From contig JAHJSH010000020.1 in assembly GCA_018830525.1 (NCBI GenBank), positions 1 to 24,000 of the forward strand: 24,000 bases of DNA, in the 5' to 3' direction. Source of the DNA: Nanobdellota archaeon (GTDB lineage: Archaea; Nanobdellota; Nanobdellia; Pacearchaeales; GW2011-AR1). Under the pieces are notes generated by a model. It made no database searches, had not been told where the DNA came from, and saw nothing but the letters and a program-made list of their open reading frames with translations. The translations under genes were made by a program, and so were the position numbers. How positions within the stretch are numbered: the stretch's first letter is position 1; each line of letters opens with the position of its first letter. Below are positions 7,692 to 15,504 of this stretch, in pieces.

Positions 7692-8303
7692 ATGTTTAAG
7701 CGAAAATGTCCGTCGTGTGTGAAGAAAATTGAGAAGAAGTTTAATTTCTGTCCTTATTGTGGTGTCTCGTTTAAGACTCGAGATGAACGTGAAAATTTCG
7801 GGATGTTGGGACGAAACGATTCTAGTGAACGAGTTGTGGAAGAATTAAAGTTGCCGTTTGGAATTAATGGAATCATGAATTCATTAGTTAAGCAATTAGA
7901 GAGTCAGCTTGGAAATATGGATCTTGGAGAAGGGTGTGGTTTGCCTAAGAATGTTAAGATTAGAATTGCTCGAGGACCACAAATGAGACAGATTGTTCAA
8001 GAAGAGCCAGAGAAAATTGATGAAGTCCCGATTATTTCTGGAGAGGAAAATAATCGGCGTGCGAGTTTGCAACGAGAAGAAGTTAAATCAAGGGTTCGAA
8101 GACTTGCAGATAGGATTATTTTTGAAATGGAAACCCCAGGTGTTAAGAAAAAGAAGGATGTAGTAATTACAAAATTGGCTTCCGGTCTAGAGATAAAAGC
8201 TTATTCAAAAGACAAGTGTTATGTTAAGTTCATCCCGTTGACTGTTGAAGTTATTGAATATTCTGTTAGAGATGAAAAGGTTTTTGTTGAATTGAAAGCT
8301 TAG
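7692..8303 (+). CDS. zinc-ribbon protein with a C-terminal Hsp20/alpha-crystallin-like domain (domain call tentative)
   Basis: The N-terminus carries CPSC...x13...CPYCG. The C-terminus FEMETPGVKKKKDVVITKLASGLEIKAYSKDKCYVKFIPLTVEVIEYSVRDEKVFVELK resembles the ACD pattern (PGVKKEDI ... L.I.A ... LP ... G.L.I.L.K). Confidence 0.5.
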   Translation: MFKRKCPSCVKKIEKKFNFCPYCGVSFKTRDERENFGMLGRNDSSERVVEELKLPFGINGIMNSLVKQLESQLGNMDLGEGCGLPKNVKIRIARGPQMRQIVQEEPEKIDEVPIISGEENNRRASLQREEVKSRVRRLADRIIFEMETPGVKKKKDVVITKLASGLEIKAYSKDKCYVKFIPLTVEVIEYSVRDEKVFVELKA

Positions 8304-8310
8304 GATATGA

Positions 8311-8328
8311 ATGAGGCTACCAGGATTT
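8311..8328 (-). repeat. duplicated 3'-terminal fragment of tRNA-Ile (T-loop, T-stem, acceptor and discriminator)
   Basis: ATGAGGCTACCAGGATTT (8311-8328) matches ATGAGGCTGCCAGGATTT (8482-8499) at 17/18 positions. GGATA recurs 3 nt (8303-8307) versus 5 nt (8473-8477) before each copy, extending the similarity with an indel. Confidence 0.7.
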
Positions 8329-8482
8329 TACTCACAATTTGCATCTCATAAAAATATTTGTATAATTGTTTTACTCGAAGCGAATCGTTCTTTCGTCTTG
8401 AACAATTTGTTGATATTTTATTTTAATCAAACAGCTCAAAACTCACCAGGACTTGTTCCGTTTCAAATCTTGGATAAAAATA

Positions 8483-8556
8483 TGAGGCTGCCAGGATTTG
8501 AACCTGGGACCCCAGCCTTATCAGAGCTGTGCGCTACCTGGCTGCGCTACAGCCTC
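8483..8556 (-). tRNA. tRNA-Ile (anticodon GAU), 74 nt, no intron, CCA not encoded
   Basis: The minus strand reads GAGGCTG TA GCGC AGCCAGGTA GCGC A CAGCT CTGATAA GGCTG GGGTC CCAGG TTCAAAT CCTGG CAGCCTC A. This is a complete cloverleaf with a 7-bp acceptor stem, a canonical T-loop and U33. A TTATAAAT box lies about 30 nt upstream and an oligo-T tract follows. Confidence 0.93.
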
Positions 8557-8582
8557 ATATAAACATTAAGTGAATTTTTGAT

Positions 8583-9251
8583 TTATAAGCTTTTGGAATT
8601 TAGAAATTTTTGATATTTATTTATAAATTTCACATTCGCTGGTCTTATTATCTCCATAAATTTGCTACAATTATTTGAACCACGAATATTGACACGATAT
8701 GATTTTTCCCTATTCCTCCTTTTATCTATATGGCTGGTAATTGTTGAGGGTATATTTAATTCCTGGAGAATTGTATAAATCTGTTGCGATAGATTTTCGG
8801 AGATTGTTGTTATATAACTAATAGGATATAATTTATTATTCTTAGGCTCGAGATAAATCCCCCCATCAGTATCAAAAATCCCCCTAAGGACACTTATTTT
8901 AATAATTTCTTTTTTTAGAAAAATTTTTGGGATGACAATATCAAATTTCTTCCCCAAGGGCAAACCAAGTTTTTGTTTAAAGTTTACTAAATCATTATTC
9001 CAGAGTTGAAAGCCAAATACTCTTGTTTTAGGCATGGTTCTTAGACTAATATCTATATTGTAAAGCCGTTTAAACATTGGCTTAATTCTTTCTTGATAAT
9101 GATTTTTGTCGTCTTCTATGTGCCCCCTAAGTTGATAAAATCCTTTTCGTCCGCCATCTTTATTATAAATATTCATACTCCCATCTCCGATGTGCCAACC
9201 AGTTTCTTCAGCTAATTCTGGAGTAATTGAAGTCGAAAGAGTTATCCCCAT
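8583..9251 (-). CDS. free-standing LAGLIDADG homing endonuclease (two-motif, monomeric type)
   Basis: The two LAGLIDADG motifs are LAEETGWHIGDGSM and ISVLRGIFDTDGGIY, about 110 aa apart. The gene is much more AT-rich than its neighbours: one 60-nt line counts about 25% GC against about 42% in rpl15e. Confidence 0.85.
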   Translation of the reverse strand: MGITLSTSITPELAEETGWHIGDGSMNIYNKDGGRKGFYQLRGHIEDDKNHYQERIKPMFKRLYNIDISLRTMPKTRVFGFQLWNNDLVNFKQKLGLPLGKKFDIVIPKIFLKKEIIKISVLRGIFDTDGGIYLEPKNNKLYPISYITTISENLSQQIYTILQELNIPSTITSHIDKRRNREKSYRVNIRGSNNCSKFMEIIRPANVKFINKYQKFLNSKSL

Positions 9252-9381
9252 TTAATAAACAGGCTCTTGAATTACATATAATTTAGTTTTAACTTAATAG
9301 GAATGATTAACCTATAAGAGTAATTTTCATGTTTAAACTTTCTAGTGAAAGGTTTAAAAACCAATTTTTAATAAAGATAAC

Positions 9382-9948
9382 ATGGGATTAGCAAAATATT
9401 TAAGAATGGCTTGGAGAAAGCCGGATGTTAAATTACTTAGAGAGAGAATGACTGCCTGGCGAAAGTCTGAAGCAATTGTTAAGGTTGAGAAACCACTTAG
9501 ACTTGACCGAGCAAGAAGTCTTGGTTATAAGGCGAAGAAAGGAGTTGTTGTTGTTAGAATAAGAATTAAGCGAGGAGGCCATAAGAAATCTAGACCTAAT
9601 AAAGCAAGACGAACAAAGAGGCTTCATATTAGAAAAAATTTGAAGATGAATTATAAGGAAATTGCTGAAACAAGAGTTGCTCGAAAATATAATAACATGG
9701 AAGTTTTGAATTCTTATCAAATTGGGAAAGATGGTATGAATTATTTTTACGAAGTTATTTTAGTTGACCGAGTTGAACCTGGAATTTTGAAAGATAAACA
9801 GTTGGGTGCTTTTGTTAAGGCTCCAAAGGCAAGGTCTCTTAGAGGAATGACATCTGCAGGTAGAAAAGCAAGAGGTTTGAGGAATAGTTCTGTGAAGGCT
9901 CCAAAGGTTAGACCAAGTTTAGCGGCTAATCGTGGAAGAGGAAATTAG
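9382..9948 (+). CDS. rpl15e: 50S ribosomal protein L15e
   Basis: MGLAKYLRMAWRKP...LRERMTAWRK...RLDRARSLGYKAKKGVVVVRIRIKRGG..., then NSYQIGKDGMNYFYEVILVD. This is the characteristic L15e sequence. Confidence 0.95.
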   Translation: MGLAKYLRMAWRKPDVKLLRERMTAWRKSEAIVKVEKPLRLDRARSLGYKAKKGVVVVRIRIKRGGHKKSRPNKARRTKRLHIRKNLKMNYKEIAETRVARKYNNMEVLNSYQIGKDGMNYFYEVILVDRVEPGILKDKQLGAFVKAPKARSLRGMTSAGRKARGLRNSSVKAPKVRPSLAANRGRGN

Positions 9949-9994
9949 TTCTTTAATTAGATACTTTTATTAAGGATTTTATTCTATATAGATT

Positions 9995-10189
9995 ATGGCA
10001 AAGCAAATGAAAAGATTATATCGTGCTCCTGCTAAAGATTCTATAATTGGGGGAGTTTGTGCAGGAATTGCTAACTATTTTGGGATTGATCCGGTGATCG
10101 TTAGATTAATTTGGGTTCTCGCAATATTCGGTTTTGGATTTGGTATCTTTGCATATTTACTTGCTTGGATAATTATACCTAGAAAATAA
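9995..10189 (+). CDS. PspC-domain small membrane protein
   Basis: LYRAPAKDSIIGGVCAGIANYFGIDPVIVRLIWVLAIFGFGFGIFAYLLAWIIIP matches the PspC domain pattern (GVC.G.A.YFG.DP..VRL..V). Confidence 0.75.
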   Translation: MAKQMKRLYRAPAKDSIIGGVCAGIANYFGIDPVIVRLIWVLAIFGFGFGIFAYLLAWIIIPRK

Positions 10190-10191
10190 TT

Positions 10192-10656
10192 CTAAAGATC
10201 TAATCTGAAGTGTATTGCGCCACTATCATCCGTTTTTATTATTTCATATCCACGTTTTTTCAAAAGTCTAATCATCTCGTTTGACACAGGATAAGTTTTT
10301 ACAGATACAGATAATTCTTGTTTACGTGCAAAATCTTCGAGAAGATCAAATAATTGTGATGCAATTTTTTTATTTCGGTGGTCCTTAGAAACCCCCAAGA
10401 CCCATAAATACAACGAATCTTCTTTTTGGAATGCAATTGAATCCCCAACTATTTCATTTCCCATTTTTGCTACATTAATTATAGGGATTTTATCTTCAAG
10501 TTTAGAATGATATTGTTCTAAGGAGTATGGTTCACTTTCATACATCCCCTTAAATATTTTCATATTAAGTTTTACTATTTCAGAGAGATCTTCTAAAGAA
10601 CCATTGATAATTTCATATTCCATATTGATAGAATTTATAACTTCTGTCCTAACCAT
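10192..10656 (-). CDS. GNAT-family N-acetyltransferase
   Basis: The GNAT motif A region reads LWVLGVSKDHRNKKIASQLFDLLEDFARK. The alternative start at 10623 (MEYEIING) would remove the 22-nt overlap with trx. Confidence 0.75.
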   Translation of the reverse strand: MVRTEVINSINMEYEIINGSLEDLSEIVKLNMKIFKGMYESEPYSLEQYHSKLEDKIPIINVAKMGNEIVGDSIAFQKEDSLYLWVLGVSKDHRNKKIASQLFDLLEDFARKQELSVSVKTYPVSNEMIRLLKKRGYEIIKTDDSGAIHFRLDL

Positions 10657-10958
10657 TCTTTAATCTTGGCTTCGGGTTGTGCGCCGACGAATTCGTCTAT
10701 GACTTTTCCACCCTTGAATAGCTTTACTGCAGGGATGGACATCACCCCATAATTTTCTGATTCTTTTTCACACTTGTCGGTCTCGGCTTTTGCGAGAATG
10801 AACTTCCCATTATATTCTGCAGCTATTTTTTCTAAAACTGGTTTAAGCACCTTGCAGGGTCCGCACCATTCTGCCCAAAAATCTACGAGGACTGGAGTAA
10901 TCTCAGATTTTTTTATAACTTCTTGTTCAAAATTTTCATCCGTAACTTCTATTTCCAT
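10635..10958 (-). CDS. trxA: thioredoxin
   Basis: The active site is WCGPC within VLVDFWAEWCGPCK. The protein is 107 aa and shows the thioredoxin fold pattern (YGVMSIPAVKLFKGG). Confidence 0.9.
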   Translation of the reverse strand: MEIEVTDENFEQEVIKKSEITPVLVDFWAEWCGPCKVLKPVLEKIAAEYNGKFILAKAETDKCEKESENYGVMSIPAVKLFKGGKVIDEFVGAQPEAKIKEWLGQKL

Positions 10959-11035
10959 AAATGGCTTAGGATTGGTTTTTTTATAAAGGTTTTGGAACTC
11001 GGAAGTTATTTAATTGCTCGATTATTCTTTTATTA

Positions 11036-12724
11036 ATGGAATATTCAAAATTATGTGAGGTTTATCACGCGTTGGAGTCTACGACAAAGGGACTTGAAAA
11101 GACACGGATACTCGCGAGTTTTTTAGGAGAAATTCGGGATGAGCCTGAAGTGATTTATCTTTTGCAAGGAAATGTTTTCGCGGATTACGACCATCGTGAG
11201 CTGGGGATTTCTCATCAGTTAGCAATTCGAGCGATTGGGAAGGCGGCAGGAATTGGTGATGCAGAAGTTATTGATGCGTTTAAAGAACTAGGAGATTTGG
11301 GAAAAGTTGCGGAGTCGGTTTTGGGAAAGAAGAAACAGCAAACGGCTTTGTTTACTAGTAAGTTGAGTATAGAAAAAGTTATGACTAACTTGAGGAAGTT
11401 ACCGATGCTGGAAGGTAAGGGGACTGTGGAAATTAAGATTGGTTTGATTATCGAGTTATTACATTCAGCGAGTCCTAAGGAAGCAAAATATATTATCAGG
11501 ACTGTGTTGGGAGATTTGAAAGTTGGTGTTGGCTCTGGGATTTTGCGTGATGCTATTGTTGAAAATTGTTTTAAACCACAGAATTTGGAAGGGAAAAAAA
11601 AGTATTCTCAGGAGGTCCAAGAAGCTTATGATAAAGCTACAGATTTTGCCGAGGTTTTTGAGAAAGCGTGTTCAGGAGATTTGAAGAAAATTAAATTGAA
11701 ACCTGGAAAACCTGTAAAGGTTATGTTATTTCCAAAAGCGAAAAATGTTGAGGATGCATTTAGAATTGTTGGAAGGCCTGCAGCGTTTGAATATAAATAT
11801 GATGGTTTCAGAGTTATGATTAATAAAGAAAAGAATGGAAAAGTTAAGATTTTTACTCGGCGACTTGAGGAAGTGACGAATCAATTTCCGGAGATTGTTG
11901 AATATGTCGAGAGTCATGTGACCAGCGAGAGTTTTATTTTAGACGCCGAGGCTGTGGGTTTTAATTCGGAGACAAAAAAATATACTGATTTTCAAGCGAT
12001 TAGTCAAAGGATTCGTAGGAAATATGGAATTGAAAAGATGCAAAAAGCGTTTCCGATTGAGTTAGCAGTTTTTGATATTATTTATTTTGATGGAAAAAGT
12101 TTGATTGATACGCCGTTTGGTGAGAGACGAAAATTGATTAAAAAAATTATTCGTGAAGAGCCATTTAAGATTGTCCTTGCTAAACAGATTATTACTGAAG
12201 ATGTTGCGGAAGTTGAGAAGTTTTATGAGATGGCACTTAATGATAATCAGGAAGGTTTAATGGGAAAAAGTTTGATTGCACCGTACAAACCTGGAGCTCG
12301 AGTAGGTTATGCAGTTAAGTTGAAGCCAGAAGATAATGATTTTGACTTGGTGATTACTGGGGCGGAGTGGGGAACTGGGAAACGTGCAGGTTGGTTGACC
12401 TCATTCAATGTGTCTTGTTCTAATGATGGAGAATTGTTGGAAATTGGAAAAGTTTCTACTGGATTAAAAGAGCTTGAAGGGGGAGATTTAAGTTTTAAGG
12501 AGATGACAGATAGATTAAATGAATTGATTATTGAAGAACATGGACGAAATATTCGGGTTCGTCCAGAGATTGTTGTGACAGTTCAGTATCAGAATATTCA
12601 GAAGTCTCCGACTTATTCTAGTGGTTATGCTTTGAGGTTTCCGAGGATTACTCGGCTTCGTGAGGACCGAGGTGTTGGAGATATTGCGACGTTAGGAGAG
12701 ATTGAGAAAGAAGCTGGTGAATAA
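11036..12724 (+). CDS. lig: ATP-dependent DNA ligase (archaeal Lig1 type)
   Basis: The adenylation motif I is EYKYDGFRV. Later motifs include LDAEAV, EGLMGK and VKLKPE. The 562-aa protein has an N-terminal DNA-binding domain. Confidence 0.95.
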   Translation: MEYSKLCEVYHALESTTKGLEKTRILASFLGEIRDEPEVIYLLQGNVFADYDHRELGISHQLAIRAIGKAAGIGDAEVIDAFKELGDLGKVAESVLGKKKQQTALFTSKLSIEKVMTNLRKLPMLEGKGTVEIKIGLIIELLHSASPKEAKYIIRTVLGDLKVGVGSGILRDAIVENCFKPQNLEGKKKYSQEVQEAYDKATDFAEVFEKACSGDLKKIKLKPGKPVKVMLFPKAKNVEDAFRIVGRPAAFEYKYDGFRVMINKEKNGKVKIFTRRLEEVTNQFPEIVEYVESHVTSESFILDAEAVGFNSETKKYTDFQAISQRIRRKYGIEKMQKAFPIELAVFDIIYFDGKSLIDTPFGERRKLIKKIIREEPFKIVLAKQIITEDVAEVEKFYEMALNDNQEGLMGKSLIAPYKPGARVGYAVKLKPEDNDFDLVITGAEWGTGKRAGWLTSFNVSCSNDGELLEIGKVSTGLKELEGGDLSFKEMTDRLNELIIEEHGRNIRVRPEIVVTVQYQNIQKSPTYSSGYALRFPRITRLREDRGVGDIATLGEIEKEAGE

Positions 12725-12768
12725 TTTAGAATATAAATTTTTATAAAGAGTAATTAATTGGAATTGAT

Positions 12769-13029
12769 ATGAAAAGAGTCCAGATATATGTTGGTCCAGC
12801 AATTAGAAATTCTAATCCTAATGGTGATGCCAATAGTACAGGCCCAATAAATACCATAGGGCAGAGCATGAGAGCTCTTGGCATTTCTGAATCTCTTGTT
12901 TATGGAAGTTCTTCCAGTCTATACGATTATGCCGTTGAGAATTTGGATAAAGCTCAGGCAGAAAATCTTGCGAGAAGAATCGGTGAACTCGAAGGATACG
13001 CTACAAAAATAGAAGACTGGCTTCCTTAA
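12769..13029 (+). CDS. hypothetical protein (86 aa)
   Basis: ATG ORF with TTATAAA centred about 25 nt upstream (12741-12747). I recognise no family. Confidence 0.4.
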   Translation: MKRVQIYVGPAIRNSNPNGDANSTGPINTIGQSMRALGISESLVYGSSSSLYDYAVENLDKAQAENLARRIGELEGYATKIEDWLP

Positions 13030-13052
13030 GATTATTTCTTCTCGACGAAGCC

Positions 13053-13060
13053 TTTATAAA
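13053..13060 (+). promoter_or_regulatory. TATA box (TTTATAAA) of tbp
   Basis: Centred about 25 nt upstream of the tbp ATG at 13082. There is no room for a Shine-Dalgarno leader. Confidence 0.5.
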
Positions 13061-13081
13061 GGAAATTTTTTATAGTATTGT

Positions 13082-13708
13082 ATGGCAGTAGCAAAAAAAT
13101 CTAGTTCTAAGAAAGAAACTAAAGATACTACATTGAAGGTCCAGAACATCGTAGCTACGACTTCGTTGGGAAAAGATGTTTCTTTGACAAAACTTGCGAG
13201 AACTCAGCCAAATACTGAATATAATCCAGATACTTTTCCAGGATTAGTCTTAAGAGTTAAAAAACCAAAGTCAGCTGTTTTAGTTTTTAGTTCGGGGAAT
13301 TTGGTTTGTACTGGAACAAAGTCTGTTGCACAAGTTAAGGAAGTTGTTCAGCAGGTTATTAAGCAGTTAAGGAAAGTGGGTGTGAATGTTACTATTAAGC
13401 CTAAGATTACTGTTCAAAATATCGTAGCATCTGGTGCGATTAATCTTGATTTGAATCTGAATACTCTTGCTCTTGAATTAGAGAATACCGAATATGAGCC
13501 TGAACAGTTTCCCGGACTTGTTTATAAATTGGAAGACCCGACAGCTACATTCTTGCTTTTCTCAAATGGTAAGTTGGTTTGTACTGGGACGAAGAATAAG
13601 GCTCAGCTTGATGATTCGATGATTCAGTTGAATAAGAATGTTCGGGCTGCTTTGCGGAGAATAAAAGAGATTGCAAAGAAACAAACCGGTTCGGAAGACG
13701 ATTTTTAG
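13082..13708 (+). CDS. tbp: TATA-box binding protein
   Basis: Two direct TBP repeats are present: QNIVATTSLG...FPGLVLRVKKPKSAVLVFSSGNLVCTGTKS and QNIVASGAIN...FPGLVYKLEDPTATFLLFSNGKLVCTGTKN. Confidence 0.95.
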   Translation: MAVAKKSSSKKETKDTTLKVQNIVATTSLGKDVSLTKLARTQPNTEYNPDTFPGLVLRVKKPKSAVLVFSSGNLVCTGTKSVAQVKEVVQQVIKQLRKVGVNVTIKPKITVQNIVASGAINLDLNLNTLALELENTEYEPEQFPGLVYKLEDPTATFLLFSNGKLVCTGTKNKAQLDDSMIQLNKNVRAALRRIKEIAKKQTGSEDDF

Positions 13709-13778
13709 TAAGATTAGTTAGCTAAAGTATATTTTGTATAATGGTAATGCTTATATATCTAAATTTGTTTTTTGATAT

Positions 13779-14750
13779 ATGGATAATGGAATTCTGATTC
13801 TTGCGGATCCGAAGGGGAAGGCGTGGAATTTTGCGAAGGAGATTTATGACAAGTTGAATTCTGATCCTCGGAGAGAACGGGAGTATAGTCTTGGGGAGGT
13901 CGAGATAAAAAAGTTTAATGATGGGGAAATTTTTGTTCAGATCTTGACAAATGTTCGAAAGAGGACTTGTTTTTTTATTCATGATTCTTCGATGAGTCCT
14001 CAGGATTGGACGATGGTTTTGGCAGAAGTTAATGATGCTTTGATGAGAAGTTCTGCGGGAAAAATTAATAATGTTCTTCCTTATATGAAGTATTCTAGGC
14101 AAGATAGATTGACTGCACCCCGGACTCCGATAACTGCGAGTGTGTTGGCTAGGATAATTAATACAGGTGCGTATCGAGTGATAACGACAGATTTGCATAA
14201 TCCTGCAATAACTGGATCTTATAATATTCCTTTTGATAATTTGAAAGCGTATCCGACGATTATAGAATATCTCAAAAAAAGATATCCGCTGTTTTTGAAT
14301 AATGTGGTTATTGTTGCTCCAGATGTTGGAAGTGCTGATCGGGCTAAATCTTATGCGAAAAGAATTGGGGTTAGTGTTGCGATAGCGGACAAAACTCGAG
14401 AGAAGGAAGGAGTTGTTGGGGATATGACTATTATTGGAGATGTTCGGGGGAAAAACGTTATTCTTGTTGATGATATGATTGATACGGGGGGGACGATTTG
14501 TAAAGCCGCGGATGTTTTGAAAGCGAGTGGGGCACTTAGAGTTTGGGTATGTGTAACGCACGGGGTTTTTAGTAACGATGCTGTAGAAAAATTGGAGAAC
14601 TCTTCTTTTGAAAAAGTTATTGTTACGAATTCTATACCTCGACAAAGTTCGGGGAAGATAGAGGTTGTTTCGTTGACAGATTTATTTTCAGAAACAATAT
14701 ACCGGATCTCTCATGGGAAATCAGTAAGCGAATTATTTGGGAAAGGTTAA
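13779..14750 (+). CDS. prs: ribose-phosphate pyrophosphokinase (PRPP synthetase)
   Basis: YMKYSRQDR, TTDLHNPAI and the PRPP-binding loop ILVDDMIDTGGTI are present, at the typical length of 323 aa. Confidence 0.93.
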   Translation: MDNGILILADPKGKAWNFAKEIYDKLNSDPRREREYSLGEVEIKKFNDGEIFVQILTNVRKRTCFFIHDSSMSPQDWTMVLAEVNDALMRSSAGKINNVLPYMKYSRQDRLTAPRTPITASVLARIINTGAYRVITTDLHNPAITGSYNIPFDNLKAYPTIIEYLKKRYPLFLNNVVIVAPDVGSADRAKSYAKRIGVSVAIADKTREKEGVVGDMTIIGDVRGKNVILVDDMIDTGGTICKAADVLKASGALRVWVCVTHGVFSNDAVEKLENSSFEKVIVTNSIPRQSSGKIEVVSLTDLFSETIYRISHGKSVSELFGKG

Positions 14751-14780
14751 TAATTTAAAGTTGATTTTCTTATTTAAATT

Positions 14781-15176
14781 ATGGCAATGTTTAGAGAATA
14801 TATTACGAGTTCTGGGCTTAGAGTCCTCGGTGGAAAAAATTCCGAAAATAATGATGAATTAGTTAATCGTGCGATGCCTAAAGATATTTTGTTACATACA
14901 AGTGCTCCGGGAAGTCCATTTTGTTTATTGGGGGAAAATCCCTCCAAGCAGGATATAAAAGAGGCTGCGGTCTTCTGTGCGAAGTTTTCTCAAGATTGGC
15001 GAGATACAAAACGCGATGTTATTGTGAACATGTTTAAAAGGAGCGATATGAACAAGGAAGTTAAGATGAAATCTGGAACATGGAGTGTGAAGAAGGAAGA
15101 GAAAATTAAAGTTAAGGCAGAGGATATTTTGAAGTATCAAAAAGTTTTAAGAAGTGAAGGGGTCGATTTAGGATAA
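14781..15176 (+). CDS. stand-alone NFACT-R (DUF814) RNA-binding domain protein
   Basis: SSGLRVLGGKNSENNDELVNRAMPKDILLHTSAPGSPFCLL...EAAVFCAKFS matches the NFACT-R pattern (G..I.VGKN..ENDEL.....D.W.H....GSH). Confidence 0.65.
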   Translation: MAMFREYITSSGLRVLGGKNSENNDELVNRAMPKDILLHTSAPGSPFCLLGENPSKQDIKEAAVFCAKFSQDWRDTKRDVIVNMFKRSDMNKEVKMKSGTWSVKKEEKIKVKAEDILKYQKVLRSEGVDLG

Positions 15177-15421
15177 TGAAACCTATTAAGAGATTACAAA
15201 TGGGAAAGAATGGACTTACACCAGCGTTTATCGATCAAGTTAAATCTATTTTTGAAAATGAGACTTTGATTAAAATTACTATTTTGAAGTCGGCTTGTAG
15301 GGATAAGAAAAAAGCGGGGGAAATTGGTGACGAATTGGTTGAGTCTCTTGGAAAAAAGTATGATTACAAGTTGGTCGGTTATGTTTTGACAGTGATTAAG
15401 TATCGGAAAGAGCAACGGTAA
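15176..15421 (+). CDS. CRM-domain / YhbY-family RNA-binding protein
   Basis: GKNGLTPAFIDQVKSIFENETLIKITIL ... KLVGYVLTVIKYRKE matches the YhbY pattern (G.NGLT......I...L..HELIKVK ... IG..L.LYR). Its ATG overlaps the previous stop codon (TAATG). Confidence 0.75.
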   Translation: MKPIKRLQMGKNGLTPAFIDQVKSIFENETLIKITILKSACRDKKKAGEIGDELVESLGKKYDYKLVGYVLTVIKYRKEQR

Positions 15422-15504
15422 GGTTTAAATAGTGAAATTCTGATGAGATATTAGGTTAACGAGTTTCGGCTTGTCTATCTCTGTAAAGAGAGCCTAAATA
15501 ATAT

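Noticed and set aside
8311-8562. 83-aa plus-strand ORF
   Set aside because: It reads through the antisense of tRNA-Ile and the duplicated tRNA fragment, and it shows no coding features.
13722-14645. 307-aa ORF on the minus strand
   Set aside because: It lies entirely antisense to prs, which has unmistakable PRPP-synthetase motifs. Its translation is low-complexity and R/I/N/S-rich, typical of a shadow ORF.
15440-15447. CTGATGAG (hammerhead core / C-box-like word), also at 16573-16580
   Set aside because: No GAAA follows a stem II, and no cleavage-site helix could be drawn. No properly spaced D box (CTGA) or terminal stem for a C/D sRNA is present. I treat it as chance.
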